Assembly (NCBI GenBank): GCA_002791255.1
Contig: PFWS01000022.1
Location: 1 to 28,958 of the forward strand
From: Candidatus Uhrbacteria bacterium CG_4_9_14_3_um_filter_36_7
GTDB lineage: Bacteria > Patescibacteriota > Patescibacteriia > UBA9934 > GWF2-40-263
Direction: 5' to 3'
DNA length: 28,958 nt
Shown here: piece by piece, positions 1 to 8,429 of the stretch
Layout of the letters: every line of letters begins with the position of its first letter
How positions within the stretch are numbered: position 1 is the stretch's first letter
Position numbers and translations under genes: made by a program
The notes under the pieces: model-generated
What the model was told of the DNA's origin: nothing
Seen by the model: the letters and a program-made list of their open reading frames with translations, nothing else
The model's database searches: none

Positions 1-302
1 ATTAGTCCAAACCTTCCTTGGCCAAAAATTCTCGATCTTTCACCTCCCAAAACTTGGAATCCAGGCCCCCAAAAGTGAACGGTTACATCTTCATTCGTCT
101 CAAGGATTTCTTTCCCGGCCTCTCGGTACTCTTCGAATGTTGGGTTGGTGGTCATTTCGCTGCTTTCGCACACCACCATGTCCGGGAGACGGTATTGGAC
201 ATAACCGTCCTGACATTTGAAAAAGGTCTGGAGGCCAGCCGACGCGGGTGTTGTTGTAGCGGTAACTGTGATAATAAATAACAGAAGCAGCAGTCTATTC
301 AT
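1..302 (-). CDS. Secreted hypothetical protein, 3'-truncated by the window edge (not in the ORF track)
   Basis: Manual translation from ATG at 302: MNRLLLLLFIITVTATTTPASAGLQTFFKCQDGYVQYRLPDMVVCESSEM..., open to position 1. It has a signal peptide with ASA cleavage site, an AAGGAG SD 8 nt upstream and a near-consensus promoter at 347-375. Confidence 0.8.
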   Translation of the reverse strand, partial: MNRLLLLLFIITVTATTTPASAGLQTFFKCQDGYVQYRLPDMVVCESSEMTTNPTFEEYREAGKEILETNEDVTVHFWGPGFQVLGGERSRIFGQGRFGL

Positions 303-346
303 CTCTTCGTCTCCTTATGATGTTGATAGAAATCAAAAACTCTTAA

Positions 347-375
347 ATTATGGCATATTTAAAATGATTTGTCAA
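347..375 (-). promoter_or_regulatory. Sigma70-type promoter for the 1..302 gene
   Basis: Minus strand TTGACA (375-370), 17 bp spacer, TGc-CATAAT (352-347) extended -10. Confidence 0.7.
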
Positions 376-438
376 TATTAACTGACAAATTAGATACTCT
401 ATACTCAAAGCAAGATCTCTAAGTTATACTTTGATTAT

Positions 439-1137
439 ATGAAAAGAATTTTATTTTTTACATTTTTTATTTTTTTATTACCTTTTTTGTTTATAGGTGC
501 TGGTTGCGGTAGAGACACATCAAATACAGAAAATTTACCTTCTAAAGAATCTCAGAATCAAGATTCCCAGGTTGAATCAAATAATCAAAATAATACTCAA
601 AATAATGAATGGGTAGAAACTAGTGAAGTATTATCTGAAAATGAATTAGGCTTTACAATAGAGCCAACAGAAGCGTGGGGAGAATTTTCTGAGGTTTTGT
701 ATAATAGATACTTATCATCTGAGCCTGACCTTGGTGAAGATAAAGAAATTCGTGGCGCTTTTAGTAATGAGAAAGATGTGGTTTACCGTGCTACATTAAG
801 TGCAATCGCACGTGGAGGATATGTTGGTGATAATATTGGTTACAAGAAGAAATCTGATGGATATTATGTTGTAAATCTTACAGGGGAGATAAAGATCCCA
901 GATGATGTTTTGGTCCGTGAAGTTCCTCTTAGTAATGTTTCAGCTCTATTATTAAGCGGACCGAATGAAAGTGAAGGCCCAAGTTTTTTTCCGAATCAAC
1001 CAAATGAATTTGCTGCCATAATAAATACACCAAATGGTATTGCTCCTGGAGGTGTATTTATTGCAAATTTAGGTGGTGGCAATGTAACAATAGAAGAATT
1101 TCAAGAAATGTTAACCAGAGTAAAAATTGATTTGTAA
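439..1137 (+). CDS. Hypothetical lipoprotein
   Basis: MKR + hydrophobic stretch + lipobox IGAG-C, then an Asn/Gln/Ser-rich linker and an acidic globular domain. TATACT lies 8 nt upstream of the ATG. Confidence 0.85.
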   Translation: MKRILFFTFFIFLLPFLFIGAGCGRDTSNTENLPSKESQNQDSQVESNNQNNTQNNEWVETSEVLSENELGFTIEPTEAWGEFSEVLYNRYLSSEPDLGEDKEIRGAFSNEKDVVYRATLSAIARGGYVGDNIGYKKKSDGYYVVNLTGEIKIPDDVLVREVPLSNVSALLLSGPNESEGPSFFPNQPNEFAAIINTPNGIAPGGVFIANLGGGNVTIEEFQEMLTRVKIDL

Positions 1138-1192
1138 GCTTTTTACATGCCTGTCTTCGATCAAAAAAGAATCTAGGCATGATGAAATGAGA

Positions 1193-1221
1193 TTGACAAA
1201 AAAAGATTTTTATGTTATATT
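1193..1221 (+). promoter_or_regulatory. Strong sigma70-type promoter of the DEAD-box helicase
   Basis: TTGACA (1193-1198), 17 bp spacer, TGt-TATATT (1216-1221). Confidence 0.75.
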
Positions 1222-1227
1222 TTTACT

Positions 1228-1321
1228 TAAATTTTAGTCGCATGAAGCGCTAAATAACCGGCTCGAATCTTTGTGTCATTAAGAAGTGACCCAGTAGAAA
1301 CTCGGGTCATTTCTTTATTTT
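1228..1321 (+). promoter_or_regulatory. Structured ~95-nt 5' leader of the helicase gene
   Basis: Hairpin TTTAG(t)CGC/GCG-CTAAA, and a long stem AAGAAGTGACCCAGT/ACT(c)GGGTCATTTCTT followed by TATTTT and the ATG. An upstream GTCATT (1275-1280) competes for AGTGAC. Confidence 0.5.
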
Positions 1322-2563
1322 ATGAAACAAACAAAATTAAACCAATTTGGTTTTAATGAGCTTGGTATTAGCTCAGTGTTATTGGAAGTTTTAAATCATC
1401 TCAAGTTTATTTGTCCAACCCCTATTCAAAATCAATGTATTCCAGTTGGTTTGCAAGGGAAGGATATTATAGGAATTGCTCAAACAGGTACAGGAAAAAC
1501 ACTTGCATTTGGCATTCCCCTTATTGAATCACTTGTTATTAAACCAACAAGACATCAAGGGTTAATTTTATTACCAACTCGTGAGCTTGCTCTTCAAGTG
1601 AACGAAGTATTGGAAAAAATTGGTCGTTCTTTTGGTCTGCGTACCGCTGTTTTGATTGGTGGAGCTTCAGCTTATCGTCAAATAGCAGCTCTACGTCGTG
1701 ACCCTCATATTATTGTTTCAACTCCTGGACGTTTGATTGATCATTTAAAGCAAAAAAGACTTTCTCTTGAACGAGTTCAAATGGTTGTTTTAGATGAAGC
1801 AGACCGTATGTTTGATATTGGTTTTCTTCCACAAGTTAAAGAGATTTTACATTTTATTCCACACGTTCATCAGACTTTTTTATTTTCGGCCACTATGCCC
1901 AGGGCAATCCAGGATCTTTCTTTACAGTTTATGAAAAACCCACAGCGAATTGAAGTGGCTCCAGAGGGAACCCCAGCTTCAGAAGTAGAACAAGAAATAT
2001 TTGTGATACATAAAGAGGGACGCACTAAACTTTTAGATAAACTTCTTGTAGATCATCTTGGAACTATTCTTATTTTTTCCCGCACTAAACACGGAGCAAA
2101 AAAATTAGCAAAATCCGTGAGAGATATGGGACACTCTGCAACAGAAATTCATTCCAATAGATCATTGTTTCAACGACAAGCTGCTCTTTCAGGGTTTAAA
2201 ACAGGTAAATATCGTGTGCTCGTAGCAACTGATATAGCAGCTCGTGGTATTGATGTAGAACGTATTTCTCTTGTTATTAACTATGATTTGCCAGATAACC
2301 CTCATGATTATATTCATCGCATTGGTCGCACTGGCCGAGCAGGAAATTCTGGCAAGGCGGTTTCTTTTGCTGGTCCACAGGAAAGAGGGGCAGTAAGACA
2401 AATTGAACGGCTCATTAAAAAAAATATTCCTGTGGCCACCCTTCCTTCTTTACCAGAATTTCAAATTGATCCTATAGAAATGAAATCAGATTTTAACACT
2501 AGACCACGTAGAAGTAGACCATTTCATAATCGAAGGCAAAATTTTCGTCGACATTCATCTTGA
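1322..2563 (+). CDS. DEAD-box ATP-dependent RNA helicase (RhlE/CshA-like)
   Basis: Q motif (PTPIQ), AQTGTGKT, PTRELA, TPGRL, DEAD, SAT, ARGID, HRIGRTGRAG and an Arg-rich C-terminal tail. Confidence 0.97.
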   Translation: MKQTKLNQFGFNELGISSVLLEVLNHLKFICPTPIQNQCIPVGLQGKDIIGIAQTGTGKTLAFGIPLIESLVIKPTRHQGLILLPTRELALQVNEVLEKIGRSFGLRTAVLIGGASAYRQIAALRRDPHIIVSTPGRLIDHLKQKRLSLERVQMVVLDEADRMFDIGFLPQVKEILHFIPHVHQTFLFSATMPRAIQDLSLQFMKNPQRIEVAPEGTPASEVEQEIFVIHKEGRTKLLDKLLVDHLGTILIFSRTKHGAKKLAKSVRDMGHSATEIHSNRSLFQRQAALSGFKTGKYRVLVATDIAARGIDVERISLVINYDLPDNPHDYIHRIGRTGRAGNSGKAVSFAGPQERGAVRQIERLIKKNIPVATLPSLPEFQIDPIEMKSDFNTRPRRSRPFHNRRQNFRRHSS

Positions 2564-2606
2564 TTTCTCTTGTCATCTTTGTGTGAAGAAGATACGGTAA
2601 AGATGT

Positions 2607-3146
2607 ATGAATAAATTTACGTTTTTATCTAACTGGTTCATTATTATTAGTTTAGTGATTTTTTTGATTATTCTTGTTTTGATTATTTGGTTTTTTCAAG
2701 CGAATACTATTACTTTATCTCCTCTTACTAATATAAACTCAATTAATTCAAGTCAAAATAAATCACTTTCAGAAAATTTGAATACTTCCACAGAAGGTCA
2801 AACTATTACCGAAGAAGTGATTGTTTATTCACCCAAGCGTCAGGAGCAAGTGACTTCACCGCTTGTGATTGAAGGACAAGCACGGGGAATGTGGTTTTTT
2901 GAAGCTTCTTTTCCAGTAGTACTTAAAGATGTTCAAGGTAATATTATAGCTCAAGGTATTGCAACAGCCCTGGATGATTGGATGAGTGAAGATTTTGTTC
3001 CATTTCGAGCAAGTCTTGTATTTACCAGTCTGCCACAAGCAGGGGCTGGAACCCTTATTTTACAAAAAGATAATCCATCAGGATTACCAGAAAATGATGC
3101 TTTAGTAGAAGTGCCAGTGATTTTTGCTTCACCAATCTCATTATAA
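2607..3146 (+). CDS. Membrane-anchored protein with Gmad2 immunoglobulin-like domain
   Basis: N-terminal TM helix, Ser/Asn/Thr linker, then SPLVIEGQARGMWFFEASFPV...GTLILQKDNPSGLPEN, typical of Gmad2. Confidence 0.8.
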   Translation: MNKFTFLSNWFIIISLVIFLIILVLIIWFFQANTITLSPLTNINSINSSQNKSLSENLNTSTEGQTITEEVIVYSPKRQEQVTSPLVIEGQARGMWFFEASFPVVLKDVQGNIIAQGIATALDDWMSEDFVPFRASLVFTSLPQAGAGTLILQKDNPSGLPENDALVEVPVIFASPISL

Positions 3147-3791
3147 AGACAGATTATTTTTTGTTTTTTTTTGTTTATGTATGAAGTGGTGAATAATCAG
3201 TGGTAAAAAAGAAACAATAATAACAAGGAAAATAATCATCGTGAAATGATCTTTGACAAAAGGAATAGTGCCAAAGAGATATCCTCCACCAACAAATAAA
3301 ATCACCCAAACGATTGCTCCAAATATATTAAACATAGTGAAGACGTTTGCCGACATATGGCTAAGCCCGGCTATAAATGGAACCAGTGTACGGATAATTG
3401 GAATAAAACGAGCAAGCACTACAGCTTTTGCCCCATGTTTTTTATAAAATAAATGAGCTTTGTTGTAATGCTCTTGTTTAATTAGATTCCGTTTAAGAAG
3501 CCATTTACCGATAGTTCGGCCAATCCAATAGTTGGTAGCATCTCCAAGAATAGCAGCTGCACAAAATAGAAGTGTGAGCCAAATTACAGATATTGAACTT
3601 TGGTGAGAAAGGGCGCCAGCAGTAAAAAGAAGCGAATCTCCAGGAAGAAAAGGGGTAAGAACCACACCTGTTTCAAGAAAAATAATTAAAGCAATAATAA
3701 GAAAAATATCATTCCCATAAATATTCATGGCAGAAATAAGAAAAGAATCAAGATGGAGAATTATGTTTAAAATTATTTGAAGAAATTCCAT
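3141..3791 (-). CDS. dedA: DedA family (VTT domain) membrane protein
   Basis: FLETGVVLTPFLPGDSLLFTAGAL, LGDATNYWIGR and ARFIPIIRT are DedA motifs. Confidence 0.93.
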   Translation of the reverse strand: MEFLQIILNIILHLDSFLISAMNIYGNDIFLIIALIIFLETGVVLTPFLPGDSLLFTAGALSHQSSISVIWLTLLFCAAAILGDATNYWIGRTIGKWLLKRNLIKQEHYNKAHLFYKKHGAKAVVLARFIPIIRTLVPFIAGLSHMSANVFTMFNIFGAIVWVILFVGGGYLFGTIPFVKDHFTMIIFLVIIVSFLPLIIHHFIHKQKKTKNNLSL

Positions 3792-3840
3792 ATATAAAAG
3801 CTATTGTACAAGCCGTGTTTATTTTGGGCAAAATATATTT

Positions 3841-5034
3841 ATGAAAAAAATGTTTTTTTATTTTTTGAAAATATTTTTTGTTCTATCGATCATTATTTTT
3901 ATGATTGGCATTATTGAGTGGTCAAAAAAGAATACCACGATAAACCGACTTACAGAAAATAAAGAAATAAAATTACAAGAGAATCAAGTATTAAATGACA
4001 ATAGTTACGTGATAGAAACTATAGCTCAAAATTTAGAAGTTCCTTGGGGTATGGCCTTTACCAATGAAAATCGACTGCTGGTAACTGAGCGACCAGGCAG
4101 AGTTCGATTGATAGAGAATAGTGTTCTTCAAAAAGAACCCCTGTATGTTTTTGATGAAGTAATTGCACAGGGGGAAGGTGGGCTTATGGGACTTGCGATT
4201 GATCCTGCTTATAATGAAAATAAATTTGTCTATATGTCTTTGACTTATATTCAAGATGGAATACGTTTTGTAAAAGTGGTCCGTCTGCGTGATCAAGGAA
4301 ATAGACTGGAAGAAAAAATAACTATTTTTGATGGAATTCCTGCGGCTCAATACCACGTAGGAAATCGTCTGGCTTTTGGTCCAGATGGAAAGCTCTATAT
4401 AACGACTGGTGATGCTTTGCAGGCAAGTGAAGCTCAAAATATTGATTCTTTGGCAGGAAAAATTCTCCGGATAAATGCAAACGGATCTATACCTGAAGAT
4501 AATCCATTTCCCGGAAGTCCTATATGGAGCTATGGACACCGCAATCCGCAAGGGCTCGCCTGGAATCCAGCGGACGGTTTGCTTTATGAAAGTGAACATG
4601 GACCATCTGGATTTGATGGATCAGGTGGGGGTGATGAAATAAATCTGATTCAAAAAGGGGGTAATTATGGGTGGCCGCTTGCTTCACACGAAGAAACGTA
4701 TCCAGGAACCATTGATCCGCTTATTACATTTACACCAGCTAAGGCTCCAGCTAGTTTATTATTTTATACAGGCGAAAAATTATCTATCTTTACTAATCAT
4801 CTTATTTTTGGAGCCCTTGTTGGTCAGGCAATCATCGATATTACTCTTGATTCTGATGATCCAAATTTAATTGTTTCAACTAAGGAGGTTAATAGTGTGC
4901 AAGAGGGGCGCATAAGAACGCTTATCCAAGGACCAAATGATTGTATTTATTTTTCTACTAGTAATCAGGATGGTAGAGGAAATCCAAAGCCAGATGATGA
5001 TAAGATTATGCGTATGTGTCCAGATATTAATTAA
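3841..5034 (+). CDS. PQQ-dependent sugar/aldose dehydrogenase (GSDH family), membrane-anchored
   Basis: LEVPWGMAF, VTERPGRV, GEGGLMGLAIDP, HVGNRLAFGPDGKLYITTGD, YGHRNPQGLAW, EHGP and GGNYGWP. N-terminal TM helix. Confidence 0.92.
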   Translation: MKKMFFYFLKIFFVLSIIIFMIGIIEWSKKNTTINRLTENKEIKLQENQVLNDNSYVIETIAQNLEVPWGMAFTNENRLLVTERPGRVRLIENSVLQKEPLYVFDEVIAQGEGGLMGLAIDPAYNENKFVYMSLTYIQDGIRFVKVVRLRDQGNRLEEKITIFDGIPAAQYHVGNRLAFGPDGKLYITTGDALQASEAQNIDSLAGKILRINANGSIPEDNPFPGSPIWSYGHRNPQGLAWNPADGLLYESEHGPSGFDGSGGGDEINLIQKGGNYGWPLASHEETYPGTIDPLITFTPAKAPASLLFYTGEKLSIFTNHLIFGALVGQAIIDITLDSDDPNLIVSTKEVNSVQEGRIRTLIQGPNDCIYFSTSNQDGRGNPKPDDDKIMRMCPDIN

Positions 5035-5108
5035 ATTAAAAAACTTGGCTTTATAAGCATCTCATTTTATAGTAATACAAGAGACATTGATTTATTATTT
5101 TGCATTGT

Positions 5109-5603
5109 ATGTATACAAAAATAATTATTACTGTGATTATTCTTGTCGTGATTGTGGCTATTGCACTTGCGATCGATTGGTCACGTTTATTTTCTTCATC
5201 CAATCTACCTAATATTCAAGAAGAAATTGAACAAATAGATCCAAGTGAAATTCTTAATAAGAATCAAAATCAGAATTCGTCACAAGATAGTTCTAAAGAC
5301 CAGCTAATAAATAATTCAAATGAGCAAGTAAAGATTATTCAAATAACAGGAACTAATTTTGTTTTTTCGCCAAATGAAATTCGCATAAAAAAAGGAGACC
5401 AGGTTCGTATTATTTTTACTAGCAATGAAGGATTTCATGATTGGGTGATTGATGTTTTTAATGCAGCTACAGAGCGTGTTCAAAGTGGACAAACAACTGA
5501 AATCGTGTTTATTGCCGATAGAGCCGGAAGTTTTGAATATTATTGCAGTGTTGGTAATCATCGAGCGCAGGGAATGGTTGGAACACTTATTGTTGAAGAG
5601 TAA
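5109..5603 (+). CDS. Membrane-anchored cupredoxin (plastocyanin/azurin-like) with full type-1 Cu ligand set
   Basis: N-terminal TM helix, FSPNEIRIKKGDQV, His in GFHDW and C-x4-H-x4-M in YYCSVGNHRAQGM. ATG 5109 is preferred over TTG 5100. Confidence 0.9.
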   Translation: MYTKIIITVIILVVIVAIALAIDWSRLFSSSNLPNIQEEIEQIDPSEILNKNQNQNSSQDSSKDQLINNSNEQVKIIQITGTNFVFSPNEIRIKKGDQVRIIFTSNEGFHDWVIDVFNAATERVQSGQTTEIVFIADRAGSFEYYCSVGNHRAQGMVGTLIVEE

Positions 5604-5637
5604 CTTCATGTTTTCTTCATGTTTTGTATGCTAGGTT
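5604..5637 (+). promoter_or_regulatory. Tandem direct-repeat response-regulator box plus -10 for the two-component operon
   Basis: Perfect 11-bp tandem CTTCATGTTTT x2 (5604-5625). TAGGTT (5632-5637) lies 11 nt after the second CTTCAT. Confidence 0.65.
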
Positions 5638-5646
5638 TAAAGTGTT

Positions 5647-6309
5647 ATGAAAATTTTGGTAGTTGAAGATGAACCAAAACTCAATAAGGGTTTAGTTGAA
5701 GGTTTACAAAATCGTGGCTATGCCGTTGATTTTGCTTTTGATGGGGAGGAGGGCGAACAAATGGCAAGAATCAATGATTATGATGTGATCATTCTTGATA
5801 TCATGCTTCCAAAGCGTGATGGTTTACAAGTATGTGATCATTTGCGATCTATAGGAAATCATACCCCAATTCTTTTTTTAACAGCTAGAGATTCTGTAGA
5901 AGATAAAATAATTGGGCTTAATTTAGGAGCAGATGATTATCTGGTAAAGCCTTTTTCTTTTGAAGAACTAGTTGCTAGAATTAGAACACTTCTACGTCGT
6001 CCTCGTTTTTCAACAGGGGATATTATAAAACTTGATAAACTTCATTTGGATACTCGGTCACAAGAATTGATAGTAGATGGAAAATTGATTCGCCTTACAC
6101 TGCATGAATACGGTGTTTTAGAGTATTTTTTACGCCATCTTGGAGAAGTGGTAACACGAGAAGATTTGCTTACCCATGTTTGGGATCGATTTTTTGATTC
6201 ATTTAGCAATGTTGTAGATGTGCATGTAAAGAATGTGCGTAAAAAATTACCAAAAGTCTATGCGAAACGTATTCAAACGGTCTGGGGAAAAGGGTATCGG
6301 CTTGTTTAG
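5647..6309 (+). CDS. OmpR/PhoB-family response regulator
   Basis: MKILVVEDE, DIMLP phospho-acceptor Asp, LTARD, GADDYLVKPF and a winged-helix C-terminus (VVDVHVKNVRKKL, TVWGKGY). Confidence 0.96.
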   Translation: MKILVVEDEPKLNKGLVEGLQNRGYAVDFAFDGEEGEQMARINDYDVIILDIMLPKRDGLQVCDHLRSIGNHTPILFLTARDSVEDKIIGLNLGADDYLVKPFSFEELVARIRTLLRRPRFSTGDIIKLDKLHLDTRSQELIVDGKLIRLTLHEYGVLEYFLRHLGEVVTREDLLTHVWDRFFDSFSNVVDVHVKNVRKKLPKVYAKRIQTVWGKGYRLV

Positions 6310-7309
6310 AGAACATCTTTTCCGAGCAAGAATAACTCTGACTATTCTTTATACCATTATTTTGGCTATAATTCTTTTTTTATCAAGTGGTATTACTTAT
6401 TCTTTTTTTTCTAATCGTCTTGAATATCGTTTTAATAGATTTCATCTTCCAGCTCATCTTATTCTTATTGAAGAGCGATTTGTTCCACCTCGGATTGAGC
6501 AAGTGCGCCAAGATCTTTTTCATGTTTCTTTTGCAGTTAATAGTTTGCTTCTTGTGGGAGCAAGTATTCTTAGTTATTGGCTGGCAGGAATCACTTTAAA
6601 ACCAATTCAAACATCTTACGATCGTCAACGTAGATTTTTAAGTGATGCTTCTCATGAACTTCGGACACCTCTTGCTATTTTACAGACTAATCTTGAGAAT
6701 GAAATTGGAAATACTCATTTATCTGAACATGTCCATGCACAGGCAAAAAATCATTTAGAAGAAGTTGAACGAATGAGTCGTCTAGTGCGTGATCTTTTAA
6801 CTTTATCGCGTCTTGATGAAGATGTGGTACTTAAAAAAGATTTGCAATCAGTTAATATTATTTCAAGTATTGAACAAGCCATTATACGGCTTGAACCTAT
6901 TGCTAAAAGATCATTGGTAAATCTTTATTTTTCAAATCATCCTCCAACTATTTTTATTTTGGCAAATCCTGATCTTTTACTTCAAGTATTAAGTAATGTT
7001 ATTAAAAATGGCATTATTTATAATAAGAAGCAGGGAAGAGTAGATATTGAAGTGAAGCAAAAAGGTTCCCGAGTGGAGGTGGTAATAACAGATACAGGTG
7101 TTGGCATTGATCCGCTTGAACAAGAAAAAATATTTGAAAGATTTTATCGGGTTGATAAAAGTCGATCTCGCCAAAGTGGAGGAAGTGGGCTTGGTCTTTC
7201 AATTGTAAAATCTATTATGGATCAATTTGGTGGATCTATTAGCCTTAAAAGCACTAAAGATAAAGGAACACAGGTTTGTCTTATCTTTCGTATCCACAAA
7301 GCTTCATAA
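6302..7309 (+). CDS. Sensor histidine kinase (HisKA + HATPase_c)
   Basis: Two TM helices with a short external loop, H-box DASHELRTPL, N-box NVIKNGIIYN, DTGVGI, FERFYRVDKSRSR and GSGLGLSIV. The start is uncertain: TTG 6302 overlapping the regulator stop is preferred, and the open frame extends to 6233. Confidence 0.93.
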   Translation: MFREHLFRARITLTILYTIILAIILFLSSGITYSFFSNRLEYRFNRFHLPAHLILIEERFVPPRIEQVRQDLFHVSFAVNSLLLVGASILSYWLAGITLKPIQTSYDRQRRFLSDASHELRTPLAILQTNLENEIGNTHLSEHVHAQAKNHLEEVERMSRLVRDLLTLSRLDEDVVLKKDLQSVNIISSIEQAIIRLEPIAKRSLVNLYFSNHPPTIFILANPDLLLQVLSNVIKNGIIYNKKQGRVDIEVKQKGSRVEVVITDTGVGIDPLEQEKIFERFYRVDKSRSRQSGGSGLGLSIVKSIMDQFGGSISLKSTKDKGTQVCLIFRIHKAS

Positions 7310-7335
7310 TTTCTTCATCTGGTTTTTTGTATAAT
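7302..7335 (+). promoter_or_regulatory. Second CTTCAT-N5-CTTCAT box plus TATAAT
   Basis: CTTCAT at 7302-7307 and 7313-7318, with TATAAT at 7330-7335. The 11-nt gap is the same as in the 5604 box. Confidence 0.65.
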
Positions 7336-7409
7336 TATTTTATGAGACAAGATAGATTGCATGCATCTATTTTTCTCACCTATTTATTCATAAGATTTAT
7401 CTTTTGACT

Positions 7410-7955
7410 ATGAAAATATCTACCAAAAAGATGACTATTGCAGGCTTATCTGCATTTGTTCTTATTATAGGCGCAGGTATTGCAACTTCCTTTGCTGCTC
7501 AAGGAAAAATTATTACATTTTCTGACCGAATTACTAATGAAATTGTTCATTTTGAGGAAGGTCGAGAAAATTTAATCAATGCCATTGCGGAAAAATTTAG
7601 CTTGAATGTTACTGATGTCGAAGCTGTCTTTAATGAGCATCGAGAGGAAATGTTTGCAGATCGTGAAGTTTATTTTACTCAACGAGTAAATGAACAAGTA
7701 ACAAATAGTGAGCTTACTCAAGCTCAAGCAGATGCTCTTATTGCCAAGCGCGCGGAACTTATTGATTTTGCAAAGACTTTAGAAGGAAAGAGTCCAGAGG
7801 AAATTCAGCAAATTGTGCAAGAACAAATGGAATCATTAAAAGTTTGGGCACAGGAAAATGATATTACGCTTAAAGATTTACGTGCTCTTCATTTAGGTTT
7901 TGGACCAATGCACGGATCTATGCATGGTCATGGTAAAATGATGCGTGGATTTTAA
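7410..7955 (+). CDS. Secreted helical hypothetical protein with His/Met-rich C-terminal tail
   Basis: Signal peptide ending SFA-A, predicted helical body (LINAIAEKFSLNVTDVEAVFNE) and tail GPMHGSMHGHGKMMRGF. The ORF track starts at TTG 7404. Confidence 0.85.
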   Translation: MKISTKKMTIAGLSAFVLIIGAGIATSFAAQGKIITFSDRITNEIVHFEEGRENLINAIAEKFSLNVTDVEAVFNEHREEMFADREVYFTQRVNEQVTNSELTQAQADALIAKRAELIDFAKTLEGKSPEEIQQIVQEQMESLKVWAQENDITLKDLRALHLGFGPMHGSMHGHGKMMRGF

Positions 7956-8328
7956 CCAGTCGTTTTATAACAAAAACAGTCGGATTAAATTCCGGCTGTT
8001 TTTGATTTAGCGGCAGGTTCACGTCCTCTTTTACGTCTTTATCTTCTAGAATGACTCCGTCAATTATTTCAGCAGCGTGAAAGCTGCCGACTGCTTGATT
8101 GAGTTTTTCGATAGCAACAAGACATCCCCCCTCGTCTGTTTCTGGTGGCAGATTCATTCCATACCCCCACCAGAGTCCATACACCACCCCCGCCATAAGA
8201 GCATATGAAATTAACCAATCTACAATAACGATTACAGGAAGAATCCATGTCCATACGTTTCTAGTATCTACCTTACCATTTTTCCAGACTTTCTTTTGTG
8301 TTTTTTGTATCCATTGACAAAGAAACAT
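7918..8328 (-). CDS. Hypothetical single-TM membrane protein (ORFan), C-terminus doubtful
   Basis: GAGGG SD before the ATG, its own TTGACA-17-TAACGT promoter and a hydrophobic segment followed by an acidic domain. The last ~30 codons run through the terminator and overlap the convergent gene. Confidence 0.55.
   Translation of the reverse strand: MFLCQWIQKTQKKVWKNGKVDTRNVWTWILPVIVIVDWLISYALMAGVVYGLWWGYGMNLPPETDEGGCLVAIEKLNQAVGSFHAAEIIDGVILEDKDVKEDVNLPLNQKQPEFNPTVFVIKRLVKIHASFYHDHA
7972..8003. terminator. Bidirectional intrinsic terminator
   Basis: AAAAACAGTCGGA-ttaaat-TCCGGCTGTTTTT, 17 nt after the 7955 stop. Confidence 0.8.
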
Positions 8329-8378
8329 TTTTTCCCTCTTTCTAAACAGGGGAACAGTTTAAGGAAATAACTCTACAG

Positions 8379-8407
8379 ACGTTATTATTTTTTTTTATTT
8401 TTGTCAA
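8379..8407 (-). promoter_or_regulatory. Sigma70-type promoter for 7918..8328
   Basis: Minus strand TTGACA (8407-8402), 17 bp spacer, TAACGT (8384-8379). Confidence 0.55.
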
Positions 8408-8429
8408 TATTATGCAACAAATTTGTCTA

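Noticed and set aside
18-281. 87-aa plus-strand ORF from the track
   Set aside because: It is the shadow of the minus-strand gene starting at 302, which has a promoter, SD and signal peptide.
1146-1181. CATGCCT/AGGCATG inverted repeat after the lipoprotein gene
   Set aside because: Long loop and no U-tract; at most a weak terminator.
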